64,000 nt of DNA from a virus (lineage: Duplodnaviria > Caudoviricetes). Below are positions 55,370 to 63,430 of the stretch, one piece after another (the stretch's first letter is position 1; each line of letters opens with the position of its first letter). The notes below the pieces were generated by a model. The model was not told the DNA's origin, searched no databases, and was given only the letters and a program-made list of their open reading frames with translations. Location of the stretch: the IMG/VR virus record IMGVR_UViG_3300037067_021710, one strand, 5' to 3'. A program made the translations under genes and the position numbers.

Positions 55370-55660
55370 TTAATCTTCTCCAAAAGTTTTGTCCAATAAT
55401 TTTAAGGTTTTTGTATATGCTAAGTTATTCGGTAAACTTAATTCTGCATTCATATCTTTATAATTAGACTTTGTATTAAGCTTACCATGAGGTATATTAT
55501 TTTTTGTCAAGAGTTTTTCTACTATTTTAGCATCATCTAAAAGTTCAAAGCTCATTATAAAGAATTGCTTAGTTTTTCCATTTGAGTCAACCCCGTTAAC
55601 AGGGTCAATATTATAATAGCCAATCTTAGCTTCTTTTAATAATGATTTATATCTTTTCAT
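55370..55660 (-). CDS. leader-bearing putative internal head protein
   Basis: MKRYKSLLKE. Confidence 0.7.
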   Translation of the reverse strand: MKRYKSLLKEAKIGYYNIDPVNGVDSNGKTKQFFIMSFELLDDAKIVEKLLTKNNIPHGKLNTKSNYKDMNAELSLPNNLAYTKTLKLLDKTFGED

Positions 55661-55673
55661 TATTTTTCTTCTC

Positions 55674-55928
55674 TTATTTAATATTATTGTGCTCTATTAT
55701 ATCTTCTATAAAATGACCTGCAACAAGCCTACTAGGACTGTCATATCTATCTCTAACATACTTAAATAAGTCATGAGAGCTAAACATTAAAGTAGATGCT
55801 ATATTTTCAATGTCTTTAGAAGAAGGGTGATTTGCAAATCTTTGATGAATAATTTTTCCAGCTTTGTCAAGAATTTCTAGATATTTCTTTTCGTCAAAAG
55901 ACTCTTTTAATGATTTATATCTTTTCAT
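55674..55928 (-). CDS. leader-bearing protein, paralog of 54828..55088
   Basis: MKRYKSLKE. Confidence 0.7.
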   Translation of the reverse strand: MKRYKSLKESFDEKKYLEILDKAGKIIHQRFANHPSSKDIENIASTLMFSSHDLFKYVRDRYDSPSRLVAGHFIEDIIEHNNIK

Positions 55929-56095
55929 AAAGAAGCACCCAGCACTTTAATAATTTTATCTAATTTTTTTCGTTCTGAAGTAGTTGCAGCTCCCATTGCT
56001 TTCTGATCAACAAAGTTTATTAAAAATTCTAAGTCATCATAACCAATAGTAACAGACACAGAGGACTCAGTTAACTTACTTTTGTATTTTTGCAT
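55925..56095 (-). CDS. leader-bearing putative internal head protein (first gene of array)
   Basis: MQKYKSKLTE; start trimmed from 56134. Confidence 0.65.
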   Translation of the reverse strand: MQKYKSKLTESSVSVTIGYDDLEFLINFVDQKAMGAATTSERKKLDKIIKVLGASL

Positions 56096-56144
56096 AATTA
56101 TACCTATGTTAATATATAATACAAATTTGAACACTATTTTGTAT

Positions 56145-56477
56145 TTATTTATTAGTAAAAGAAAGGAATTTTTTAATTATTGGGAGTAATTCGTCAGACA
56201 AGACTTTTGATAAAATACAAGAACCACCTTCTTCACTATAAAGTACATGAGAACCATCAGGTTGCTTTATTAAGTCTCGTTCTGAGCGGATAGGGTAGTA
56301 ATTATCTTCAGTCATAATATATACATCTTCTCCTAAGACTAATTCACCATTTGGAAGTCCTAAAGAAGTTAAATTGTATACATGCTCATCTGGATGTATT
56401 TCTAATTGTTCAATTGGTAGGTCATTAAAGAGGGTATCGGGAAAATCATTCATATTTTTATATTTCCACTTGCCCAT
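56145..56477 (-). CDS. hypothetical protein
   Basis: 110-aa ORF. Confidence 0.6.
   Translation of the reverse strand: MGKWKYKNMNDFPDTLFNDLPIEQLEIHPDEHVYNLTSLGLPNGELVLGEDVYIMTEDNYYPIRSERDLIKQPDGSHVLYSEEGGSCILSKVLSDELLPIIKKFLSFTNK
56149..56157 (-). promoter_or_regulatory. putative late promoter TACTAATAA heading the leader array
   Basis: Overlaps TNK codons at the end of the upstream gene. Confidence 0.55.
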
Positions 56478-56899
56478 GGGCTAGAAAGTGAGTTTCTATA
56501 TCCATGTCGTGACTGTTGCATCTGTTTTGCATCTTTTGGAGCAATTGGTAAACCCGCATAGGTTTTTATTTTACTATGTTTAAAAATTGCCGTTTTTATT
56601 TTATCAAGCTTTGTATTTTCTTCTGGTTTATTTTCATTTAAAGACAATAAATCTTCAAACGTAGCTTCCTGTTTTTCTATATCAGCTTTATATTCTTCCC
56701 ATATATGATCATCAATGTTAATAAATAAAACTTTAAATTTATTAAGTTCTTCTTTAAATGACCCAAAATCTATTAAGGAGAATGTGCTAATAAACTCTAT
56801 AAATCTGTAATATCCTAAATAAGAAGCATCTTCAGGTGCTTCAGAACTTATAAATCTTACTGAATCATGCAATGTTTGTTTACAAAGAATCCATCTCAT
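56450..56899 (-). CDS. hypothetical protein
   Basis: 149-aa coupled ORF. Confidence 0.6.
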   Translation of the reverse strand: MRWILCKQTLHDSVRFISSEAPEDASYLGYYRFIEFISTFSLIDFGSFKEELNKFKVLFINIDDHIWEEYKADIEKQEATFEDLLSLNENKPEENTKLDKIKTAIFKHSKIKTYAGLPIAPKDAKQMQQSRHGYRNSLSSPWASGNIKI

Positions 56900-57285
56900 G
56901 CATTACACTCGAGAGTTACTTCAATATCTTCAAGATTCAAGTTATTCTGAATATTTTTTACTATTTGATTTTTAATATATTTTTCAACAGGAGAAATATC
57001 TCCCTCTGAAATACATTTAATCTCTTCACATAGCCCATCAAGCGGCTCTGCTTCTAATTCAGTTACTACTTTCATACCGCTGGTAGTATCTTTATCATAA
57101 AATTTAAGTTTTAATCTACAAAGGTATGGAATAATCAATTCGCATTCATTTGAGTCTTGAGTATAGATTTCTAAAGTTGTAGCTATCAAAAAAGCTTTTA
57201 AAACTTCTTGAACTATTTTATACTCTTTACCCGATATTGCACTAATTTTTTCTATAAACTGTTTTTCTTGATGTGAAAGTCTCAA
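56896..57285 (-). CDS. possible HU/IHF-like DNA-binding protein
   Basis: K.FIEKIS..SG...K.V..VL.AF...then I.IP.L..L pattern; AGGAG SD. Confidence 0.4.
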   Translation of the reverse strand: MRLSHQEKQFIEKISAISGKEYKIVQEVLKAFLIATTLEIYTQDSNECELIIPYLCRLKLKFYDKDTTSGMKVVTELEAEPLDGLCEEIKCISEGDISPVEKYIKNQIVKNIQNNLNLEDIEVTLECNA

Positions 57286-57307
57286 TAGAGAACTCCTTAA
57301 TATTTTT

Positions 57308-57550
57308 TTAATAACTCATTTTAACATTTGAACTTGAAGAATACCACACAGTAGTCGGGATAGCATTTGGATAAAAGGGGCTTTGGAAATACGGAACAAC
57401 TTCTCTTACTGGAACAGGATAACCTATTGTAACATAAGACTTTTCATAAACTTCTTTGAGTTTCAGATATAACTCATAGGCTTCGCAATCATTTAAAATA
57501 ATTTCTTTACAATTATCTAATTTAATTTTAATTTGTACTTCTGCTCTCAT
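57308..57550 (-). CDS. hypothetical protein
   Basis: GGAGG SD. Confidence 0.6.
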   Translation of the reverse strand: MRAEVQIKIKLDNCKEIILNDCEAYELYLKLKEVYEKSYVTIGYPVPVREVVPYFQSPFYPNAIPTTVWYSSSSNVKMSY

Positions 57551-57559
57551 ACTTCCTCC

Positions 57560-58132
57560 TTAGAATCTATATTCAAATTTTAAATTTGTTGCAACTGAGA
57601 ACATTGACTTATCAATTGTGCTATATACTCCTACTTCAGGCCCAAGAGATACATTTCCCCAATGTCGTTGAAATCCAATAAGACCGCCAACTTGAGGATA
57701 AAACTTTTTACCAATAGAGTCATAACTAATAAGGGCTCCTAATCCTAATGCAACTGACCATTTTGGATTTGGGCATGTCCAATTAACATCGAAATATGAA
57801 GTATATTCTTTACACTTATCTTGCCCAAATATTTTCAATGTAAGCTTATTTGCTTTATATTTATCAATAGAAGCAGTCATATTTATTTTTGTACCACAAA
57901 TGCTATTTTTGTCTACTGGAGGGTACACTTTTCCCTTATCTTTACTTTCATCTTTTTCTACAGAAGGCGGGGTTGTACGAGCACAAGAATTTGCCCCCAA
58001 TATATACATTCCAAATCCGTATCCAACTAATAATACAACTACAGCACTTGAAATAATTAAAACTTTTTTCCATTTAGCTATAGAGGTTAACTTTTGCATA
58101 AAAGATGTTGAAGCAATAATTTCAGTAGCCAT
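57560..58132 (-). CDS. envelope protein with N-terminal anchor and C-terminal amphipathic beta strands
   Basis: One TM segment; Gly/aromatic strands ending LKFEYRF. Confidence 0.55.
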   Translation of the reverse strand: MATEIIASTSFMQKLTSIAKWKKVLIISSAVVVLLVGYGFGMYILGANSCARTTPPSVEKDESKDKGKVYPPVDKNSICGTKINMTASIDKYKANKLTLKIFGQDKCKEYTSYFDVNWTCPNPKWSVALGLGALISYDSIGKKFYPQVGGLIGFQRHWGNVSLGPEVGVYSTIDKSMFSVATNLKFEYRF

Positions 58133-58141
58133 AAAATATTC

Positions 58142-58357
58142 CTATTGTTTTTTCAAGTAGAACTCTGAAAGAATTTTCCAATTTTCATATGTCATTTTTT
58201 CTACTTTTCCTTTAACAATAATAGTAACCATGCCATCATTAGTAGACTTTGATTTAATTGGAGTTTCTATTTTGTTAACAGAACTACAAGCACAAAGGCA
58301 AGTAAATGCTAGACTTATAAACACACTAATTAATTTTTTCATATAAAGTTTCTCCAT
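58142..58357 (-). CDS. lipoprotein, o-spanin-like
   Basis: MKKLISVFISLAFTCLCAC lipobox. Confidence 0.55.
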   Translation of the reverse strand: MEKLYMKKLISVFISLAFTCLCACSSVNKIETPIKSKSTNDGMVTIIVKGKVEKMTYENWKILSEFYLKKQ

Positions 58358-58887
58358 TATTCGTTGATTATCTTATTAATATTCTCTAAAGTTTTTACTA
58401 AACTTTTATGTTGCTTTAACTCTTTAGTTTTTAATTCAATTTGTTGTTTTTGATATTTAACAATAGCTGCATTAGCAATCTTTTTGTTTATAAAATAACA
58501 TACGACGCTTAAACTCACTATAACTATAATGCTAGCAACTCCAATAGCCACAACTTTAATAATTGCTTTTGCATCCATAGCTTTTAATTTTACAAGCAAC
58601 TCTTTAAGTTTAGCAATTAAAGAAGTAAATAACTTTTTAATTGTTGATATTTTAGAAAAAAGATCTACAAAAAAAGTTTTTATTTTACTCAAAATACTTA
58701 TTGAAGAAGTAGCAACTTCTGTAGTACTCTCTGTAGTACCTTGAGGAATTCCCTTTTGAAGAGCAGCTTCTACTGCCATTCGTACTGCATCAGCTTGTGA
58801 AACAGTAGATGAAGTAACCTGCTCACCCGTAACTGTAGATGATAAACTAGAACTTTCTGTAAGTGACCCTTGCTCATTTTCTGCCAT
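58357..58887 (-). CDS. i-spanin-like membrane protein
   Basis: Single TM followed by coiled-coil, between holin-like gene and lipoprotein. Confidence 0.45.
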   Translation of the reverse strand: MAENEQGSLTESSSLSSTVTGEQVTSSTVSQADAVRMAVEAALQKGIPQGTTESTTEVATSSISILSKIKTFFVDLFSKISTIKKLFTSLIAKLKELLVKLKAMDAKAIIKVVAIGVASIIVIVSLSVVCYFINKKIANAAIVKYQKQQIELKTKELKQHKSLVKTLENINKIINE

Positions 58888-58902
58888 GATATATCTCTCC
58901 GT

Positions 58903-59340
58903 TTATTTTGTTTTTATTTTATTAATAATCTCAATAGCTTTCGTAAGTACCGTATTTGTATCAAGATCTCCAGTATCTACTGAAGATTTATTTTCTTGTC
59001 TTACTTTAAAGACATACATTACAGCGCCAAATATAGTAATTAAAAAATACCAAAATTCAGAAGGATATCCTTGTAATGACTCCATGATAAGTTTCCCAGT
59101 AGTTGGGTCATACTTTCTAAGTGGGGTCGTAGCAATTTTAGAGGCAATAGCTACAACATACATAGAAGCTGCTGTAATAATACTTGCTATAGTTATTGTA
59201 ATAGAGGGATTCCCCGTAGAATCAGGTAATAAAAATTGCCGAATAATAAACTGCCATAAGCTCTCATTAGGGTTTGGCGGGACGAGCAAAAAGCCTTTTA
59301 TTCTTTTAAGTATCGTTTCTTTAGTTGAAGAAAATGTCAT
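58903..59340 (-). CDS. holin-like membrane protein
   Basis: Two TM segments, directly after endolysin-like gene. Confidence 0.5.
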   Translation of the reverse strand: MTFSSTKETILKRIKGFLLVPPNPNESLWQFIIRQFLLPDSTGNPSITITIASIITAASMYVVAIASKIATTPLRKYDPTTGKLIMESLQGYPSEFWYFLITIFGAVMYVFKVRQENKSSVDTGDLDTNTVLTKAIEIINKIKTK

Positions 59341-59975
59341 ACCATATCCTCATTAAAAAGCATATAACTAAATTTACAAGCTTTATTAGTTTTGTACATT
59401 TCACTATTTTTTATCATTGCCATAAATTCTAAAAATTCATTATGAAAACGAAATACTTGACAACCAGCTGAATATTTATTAACTTCTTTTGGATCATTTA
59501 ACCCAGCTCTATGACAATTTATACCAACATATCCAGTTTGTATTGGGTCATTATCATCTTTTATATTGTCTTTATTTACATCACGCCAAAAAGTAATTAC
59601 ATTCCCAGTCTGTACTAAAGCTTCATGAGCAAAACTAGTTCCAGAAGCATGAATACCAACTTGCCAAATATTTTTATGAAACCCCTCAACTACATGAGCA
59701 GCTCCTTTAACTCCTTTATAAGTAACTGGGTTTAGAACCCACCATTTACCGGGATCAGTAGTTGCAGTGTATACCTTAAGTTTAAAGTCTGAAGCAAGAA
59801 TAATTTTATCATCAAAAAAGTCTTCTTCTAAAAGAACTTTATCTACTGAAGCAAGTACAGCATCAAGAGCGGTACCCGAATTATACAGTTTAGTATTTCT
59901 AATTCCAATAATATTTATTTCTTGCCAATCAACATTATTAGAAGCATACAAGTCTTTTAGTTGTGAAATTTCCAT
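59337..59975 (-). CDS. putative endolysin (His...SxGC, L,D-transpeptidase-like)
   Basis: IIGIR, FDD, TTDPG, H.ALVQ, GINCHRA, SAGCQV. Confidence 0.65.
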   Translation of the reverse strand: MEISQLKDLYASNNVDWQEINIIGIRNTKLYNSGTALDAVLASVDKVLLEEDFFDDKIILASDFKLKVYTATTDPGKWWVLNPVTYKGVKGAAHVVEGFHKNIWQVGIHASGTSFAHEALVQTGNVITFWRDVNKDNIKDDNDPIQTGYVGINCHRAGLNDPKEVNKYSAGCQVFRFHNEFLEFMAMIKNSEMYKTNKACKFSYMLFNEDMV

Positions 59976-60124
59976 TAACCAAACATGCGCTTAAGAGTTT
60001 TAAAAGTGTTTTCACCTAGCTTCTTTAATCTAATACCAGGATTTTTAGTCATCTCGTTAAGCTCTTCTTCGTTAACTTCTTGGTCGTCAACTTTATACAA
60101 AGGTTCAATTTTGGATTTATCCAT
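59975..60124 (-). CDS. 49-aa hypothetical protein, not in ORF track
   Basis: MDKSKIEPLYKVDDQEV...KRMFG; GAGGAG SD; stop overlaps endolysin start. Confidence 0.65.
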   Translation of the reverse strand: MDKSKIEPLYKVDDQEVNEEELNEMTKNPGIRLKKLGENTFKTLKRMFG

Positions 60125-60128
60125 TCTT

Positions 60129-62165
60129 TTACTCCTCATTTTTTATTTTTGTTCGCCGAGGTCTTTTCATTTGATCTTTTGATTCTGACCCATAACTAAA
60201 CTTATACTTTTTAACTTCAAATTTTTCTTCTGCTTCTTTTAATGTTTTTCTCTTGGCTGTAACTCCAGGCTTTTTTGAATCGTCACAAGCTAATTTAATA
60301 TCTATTTCTCTTAAAATTTTTGGATCAAAATATGGGTCTTGATTACATGAAGAATAATAATGCTTTCCAAGCAATACTCCTTCGCGAAGTTTTAATTGTT
60401 TATGATCATAGATATGATTTTGAATAGTTTCATTAAGCTTAGTTTTAGTCTCATGTTCAGCTTCAACACTTTCCCATAGTTCTCTCAAAATAAGTTTCTT
60501 AGCTTTTTTAGTTTCAGCATCTACTTTTGCATCTTCATCTTCTTCTTGCCCAGCTTCAGGGGGAGTGTCAGTATTTTTTTGTTTCTGGTCTAATATATCT
60601 TTCATCCATTTATAAATTGTCTTATCATCATAAGGCAAGAATTTTGTATAAATCGTTTTGATAACTTCTGGAGGAATAGCTGCAATTTCTCCGCCAGTTA
60701 ACTTGTCTGCTAATGATTGAATAACATCATTTGCTAATCCAAGTAAATCTTTTTGATTATTAATCATATCAGAATTAGTCATAGTTTCGGGGTATGGCAT
60801 ACTTAAAATAAAATCAAGGTCATCTAATGCAAATTCATTAGAATGAATCATATGAATTTTAACTAATTGTGAAACTTGTTGTAATACAAGTTGTTGTATT
60901 CTATATACTAATCTCGCTAATGGCTTCCATTCTTGAATTGCAGAAACTCCACTTGTACCAAAACCACTATCTTTAGGGTCTAATAAGAAACGCGGCAATA
61001 ATGTAGATAATATTAAATCATCACGCAATAAATCAATGTCATCTATTTTACCAAGATCAATATTTGAAACTTTTTGCTCAAATTCAAATAAGTCTTCGAT
61101 TGTAATAACAGTAGACCCAACACCGTTCTCTTCTTTATTAACAGCATTTATTCCTGAGTTTTGCCATTCATTCATAAACTCAAGAGCACGATTAAGCTTT
61201 TCAGTAGGATGTAAAGTATTAGGAAATTTTAACTTGTACATATCTATTGGCAGTCGAGCCCCACGAGCAGCTATTTGCATAGTCATCGCAGAGTCAAACT
61301 GCCGATAAGGAGCTATTGAATGAATAAATACTGGAACTCCAAAAGGTTTAAATGGAGATTCAGTAGTAAAATTTCTAAAATGTAAAAATCTCCAAGGTGG
61401 TATTGCATAATCTCCTACCACAAAGCCAAATAAATACTCTTTAAAATATGATACTATATTATCATTGTTTTGTATCATATCTACGAGTTGGTCAATTCGA
61501 AGAATTTTAGATTTATAAGCAGTAAAGAATTTGTCATTTCGTTCAACTAATTGCTTTACTCTATATGCGGAAAACTCTAGCCTATCTTTTAAATCAAAAA
61601 TACTTATAGGGATAATCCCATCAATTCCATTCTCTGCTAAAGCTAAAATCCAACCAGCATTCCCATATTTTATAATGTTTAATGCAGTAGGCCTTAAAAA
61701 ACTATATATATTTAATGTATCAAAAAGCTTTTGTATAAATTGTTTTTGTTTTGGCTTTGCTTCAATAGTAATAGGCTGCTCATGAGTATCCGCTTGAATA
61801 ACTTCGTCAGCAATAAGTTCCATTGCTTTAGCTATTAATGGTGAATTATAATATAATAAATCACAATCATACCAAAGATCATTGCGATTTTTCCACGATT
61901 GAGCATCATCATGAGAAGAAAATAACCACTTATCATAGTATTTTCTAACTTCAGGGGGAAAAACTTCCCTGACTCTGTGAGATTCTCCAGTTTGCTTATC
62001 TTTAACAAGGTCAGTAGGAAAAACTTTAGCTGATACTACATTTTGTTTTCCTTGTACTCCTATATTAAAGAAGCGAAGAAACTTTCGAGTAACAGACTTG
62101 TCTTCTTTATTAAAACCAAAGTCCTTATCAGCAGTTATATTTTTATTTGAAATTAAGTCAGCCAT
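60129..62165 (-). CDS. portal protein (T4 gp20-like)
   Basis: IAKAMELIADE, KYGN, PPWRFLHFR, PFG.P...S...YRQ, DDIDLLRD.L; late motif upstream. Confidence 0.8.
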   Translation of the reverse strand: MADLISNKNITADKDFGFNKEDKSVTRKFLRFFNIGVQGKQNVVSAKVFPTDLVKDKQTGESHRVREVFPPEVRKYYDKWLFSSHDDAQSWKNRNDLWYDCDLLYYNSPLIAKAMELIADEVIQADTHEQPITIEAKPKQKQFIQKLFDTLNIYSFLRPTALNIIKYGNAGWILALAENGIDGIIPISIFDLKDRLEFSAYRVKQLVERNDKFFTAYKSKILRIDQLVDMIQNNDNIVSYFKEYLFGFVVGDYAIPPWRFLHFRNFTTESPFKPFGVPVFIHSIAPYRQFDSAMTMQIAARGARLPIDMYKLKFPNTLHPTEKLNRALEFMNEWQNSGINAVNKEENGVGSTVITIEDLFEFEQKVSNIDLGKIDDIDLLRDDLILSTLLPRFLLDPKDSGFGTSGVSAIQEWKPLARLVYRIQQLVLQQVSQLVKIHMIHSNEFALDDLDFILSMPYPETMTNSDMINNQKDLLGLANDVIQSLADKLTGGEIAAIPPEVIKTIYTKFLPYDDKTIYKWMKDILDQKQKNTDTPPEAGQEEDEDAKVDAETKKAKKLILRELWESVEAEHETKTKLNETIQNHIYDHKQLKLREGVLLGKHYYSSCNQDPYFDPKILREIDIKLACDDSKKPGVTAKRKTLKEAEEKFEVKKYKFSYGSESKDQMKRPRRTKIKNEE

Positions 62166-62194
62166 TTAATACCTGTTTAGCCACATTTATATAA

Positions 62195-62203
62195 TTATTA
62201 GTA
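62195..62203 (-). promoter_or_regulatory. putative late promoter TACTAATAA
   Basis: Upstream of portal ATG. Confidence 0.65.
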
Positions 62204-62213
62204 CTTTTTTAAA

Positions 62214-63410
62214 TTACTTAGAGACAAAATCTTTTATAGGATGTTTACTGTCTACTTGAATTCCTGATTTAGCTAAAGTCAATTTAGTAGATATTTTACC
62301 ATTTTCATTCACAAGAATATGATCCCGAACAATTAACCATTTGCCTGACCATTCAGTAGATACTTCTTTATTTGGTAAATTGCTGTATACTTTCAAATCG
62401 ATACAATATCCAGCTACAGCTTTTGGATTAAACTGTATAACCATCGGCATTCTATAAGATAATGCTGAGTTTTTATACATTGCATTTAATTTACCTTGCC
62501 GTATTTGTTTATCATCTGTTCCTATTAACCCAAGGTCAACTACATCTGTCACTTGTTGATAACTAGAGCGAATAAGTAGTTTCTCATTCTTAAGTTTTGT
62601 ATAATAGTCTTTTATGTCTTCATCAGAGGTTACATATGCTCCTGACTTATCAATTGAATAGGCTTTCTTCTTATAATTTTTATAGTTAACTGGTACTCCC
62701 CCTAATAATAAAGTAAATTTTTTCATTGCAAAAGGGTCTAATGAGGTTTCCTTATTAAATGTAAATTCATATGTGCCTATTGGCTGCTGATTAAAAAATT
62801 CAGTTACTGATTGAAAATAAAATTCTCCAATAGTATTAATAAAAGTAAAGAAAGGACTCTTTTGATTGTTTTGATCTACAGCTAAATTTGCTAATCGTAA
62901 TAAAAACTCTCGATTAGTTTCATTTAATTGCATAAAGTCATTTGACCCAATTGTAGGAGTTATATAAATTTTATCTGCAGATAACTTAAACTGTGAAGTA
63001 GCAATCTCTTGAACTATATCGCTAATCTTATAATTTTTCCACATTTTTGAAATAGGCTTATCATACATCCGTTCTCGTGAAAGAAACATAAAGGTGTTAT
63101 TTCCAGATAATGTAGCTTGAACATTAGTGTCTAATAATTGGTTCTCAGCCCAAACCATTGTAGTTTCTAAATAACCATCATCTTTACAACCTAGTTTAAA
63201 ATCAAAGGGAAGTCCTTCTACAAAATTAATTGAATCAGTTACAATTCCATAATTATCTACAAATATAACTTCACCATAAGCATAAAATTTAAACAGATCA
63301 CTTCTTAATTCAATTTTTGGAAAAAGTTTAAAGGTGCTATCATCAAAAGTTAAAATTTTTGGATTTGAAATAAAAGAAAATTCATATGGTGAGCCAAAAC
63401 TTGTAATCAA
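62214..63410 (-). CDS. baseplate hub-like (gp27/GPD-type) protein
   Basis: KISDIV..I, Q.NET..EFL.RLA, SGKWLI...H, T.L.L.K pattern. Confidence 0.6.
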   Translation of the reverse strand: MITSFGSPYEFSFISNPKILTFDDSTFKLFPKIELRSDLFKFYAYGEVIFVDNYGIVTDSINFVEGLPFDFKLGCKDDGYLETTMVWAENQLLDTNVQATLSGNNTFMFLSRERMYDKPISKMWKNYKISDIVQEIATSQFKLSADKIYITPTIGSNDFMQLNETNREFLLRLANLAVDQNNQKSPFFTFINTIGEFYFQSVTEFFNQQPIGTYEFTFNKETSLDPFAMKKFTLLLGGVPVNYKNYKKKAYSIDKSGAYVTSDEDIKDYYTKLKNEKLLIRSSYQQVTDVVDLGLIGTDDKQIRQGKLNAMYKNSALSYRMPMVIQFNPKAVAGYCIDLKVYSNLPNKEVSTEWSGKWLIVRDHILVNENGKISTKLTLAKSGIQVDSKHPIKDFVSK

Positions 63411-63430
63411 ATTATTAAAGCCTCTTAAAA

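Noticed and set aside
43191-55928. Recurring 18-30 nt repeats as a CRISPR array or attC-type integron
   Set aside because: Repeats are coding (start codon plus leader), degenerate, non-palindromic and separated by 200-700 nt ORFs; no cas or integrase gene in the window.
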